Part shown: one piece after another, positions 31,812 through 32,000 of the stretch | How the letters are laid out: every line of letters starts with the position of its first letter | Position numbering within the stretch: the first letter of the stretch is position 1 | NCBI RefSeq assembly: GCF_000025505.1 | Contig: NC_013849.1 | Location: forward strand, 1,470,001 to 1,502,000 | DNA from: Ferroglobus placidus DSM 10642 | GTDB lineage: Archaea; Halobacteriota; Archaeoglobi; Archaeoglobales; Archaeoglobaceae | Reading direction: 5' to 3' | DNA length: 32,000 bases | Notes under the pieces: generated by a model | Seen by the model: only the letters and a program-made list of their open reading frames with translations | What the model was told of the DNA's origin: nothing | The model's database searches: none | Translations under genes and position numbers: made by a program

Positions 31812-32000
31812 GAGAGTATCCGAAAAGACCGGTAATCGGTGTCGGAGCTGTAATAGTAGAGGACGGGAAAATCCTACTTGTCAGAAGAGCTAACGAGCCG
31901 AACAAGAATATGTGGTCGATTCCCGGCGGGTTGGTCAGAGTAGGGGAATCGCTCCACGAAGCTTTGAAAAGGGAAATTCTCGAAGAAATCGGCGTTGAGA
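31808..32000 (+). CDS. NUDIX hydrolase (partial, runs off the right edge)
   Basis: ATG 31808 overlaps the upstream stop (ATGA). Hand translation gives MREYPKRPVIGVGAVIVEDGKILLVRRANEPNKNMWSIPGGLVRVGESLHEALKREILEEIGVE, which contains the Nudix box start GGx5Ex7REx2EE. Confidence 0.8.
   Translation, partial: MREYPKRPVIGVGAVIVEDGKILLVRRANEPNKNMWSIPGGLVRVGESLHEALKREILEEIGVE

Noticed and set aside
1-32000. Search for CRISPR arrays, rRNA genes or long direct repeats
   Set aside because: Reading the intergenic regions revealed no regularly spaced 24-40-bp repeats and no rRNA-like sequence. The only repeats supported are the IS ends and target duplication, and the short A/T palindromes at 5860-5907.

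Overview
Archaeal chromosomal window, most consistent with an Archaeoglobus-type euryarchaeon. Supporting signals are an F420H2:quinone oxidoreductase operon in the order fqoJ-K-M-L-N-A-BC-D-H-I-F, Alba, an archaeal initiator tRNA, BRE/TATA-type promoters and many 4-nt ATGA/GTGA gene overlaps. Coding density is high and no CRISPR array or rRNA is present. The left ~5.8 kb looks accessory. It holds a small wHTH protein, then a complete 758-bp IS1-family element with 23-bp imperfect terminal inverted repeats and an 8-bp target duplication. Directly downstream is a six-gene operon: four TasA/camelysin-like secreted paralogues (three with the SipW-type signal-peptide junction), a dedicated ER/archaeal-type signal peptidase I with a multi-TM C-terminal extension, and a DUF5305-like bitopic membrane protein. 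I consider this operon the best candidate for an uncharacterised system, namely an archaeal TasA/AbpA-like extracellular fibre or biofilm-matrix module. Its predicted promoter has been separated from it by the IS. The centre (6.1-17.0 kb) is the 11-gene fqo operon. The right half mixes housekeeping genes (MJ0936-type phosphodiesterase, NIF3, Lrp/AsnC, tRNA-Ser, Clp1-like kinase, YjbQ, RlmE, Alba, MarC, NUDIX) with several less ordinary pairs. These are a polytopic membrane protein translationally coupled to an MreB-like actin-fold ATPase, a two-component cluster that includes a histidine-less pseudo-kinase, and a membrane-anchored single-HKD phospholipase-D-fold protein. All calls come from reading the ORF translations and hand inspection of the DNA. 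No database search was possible, so family names are recollections of motifs and need HMM or structure confirmation.
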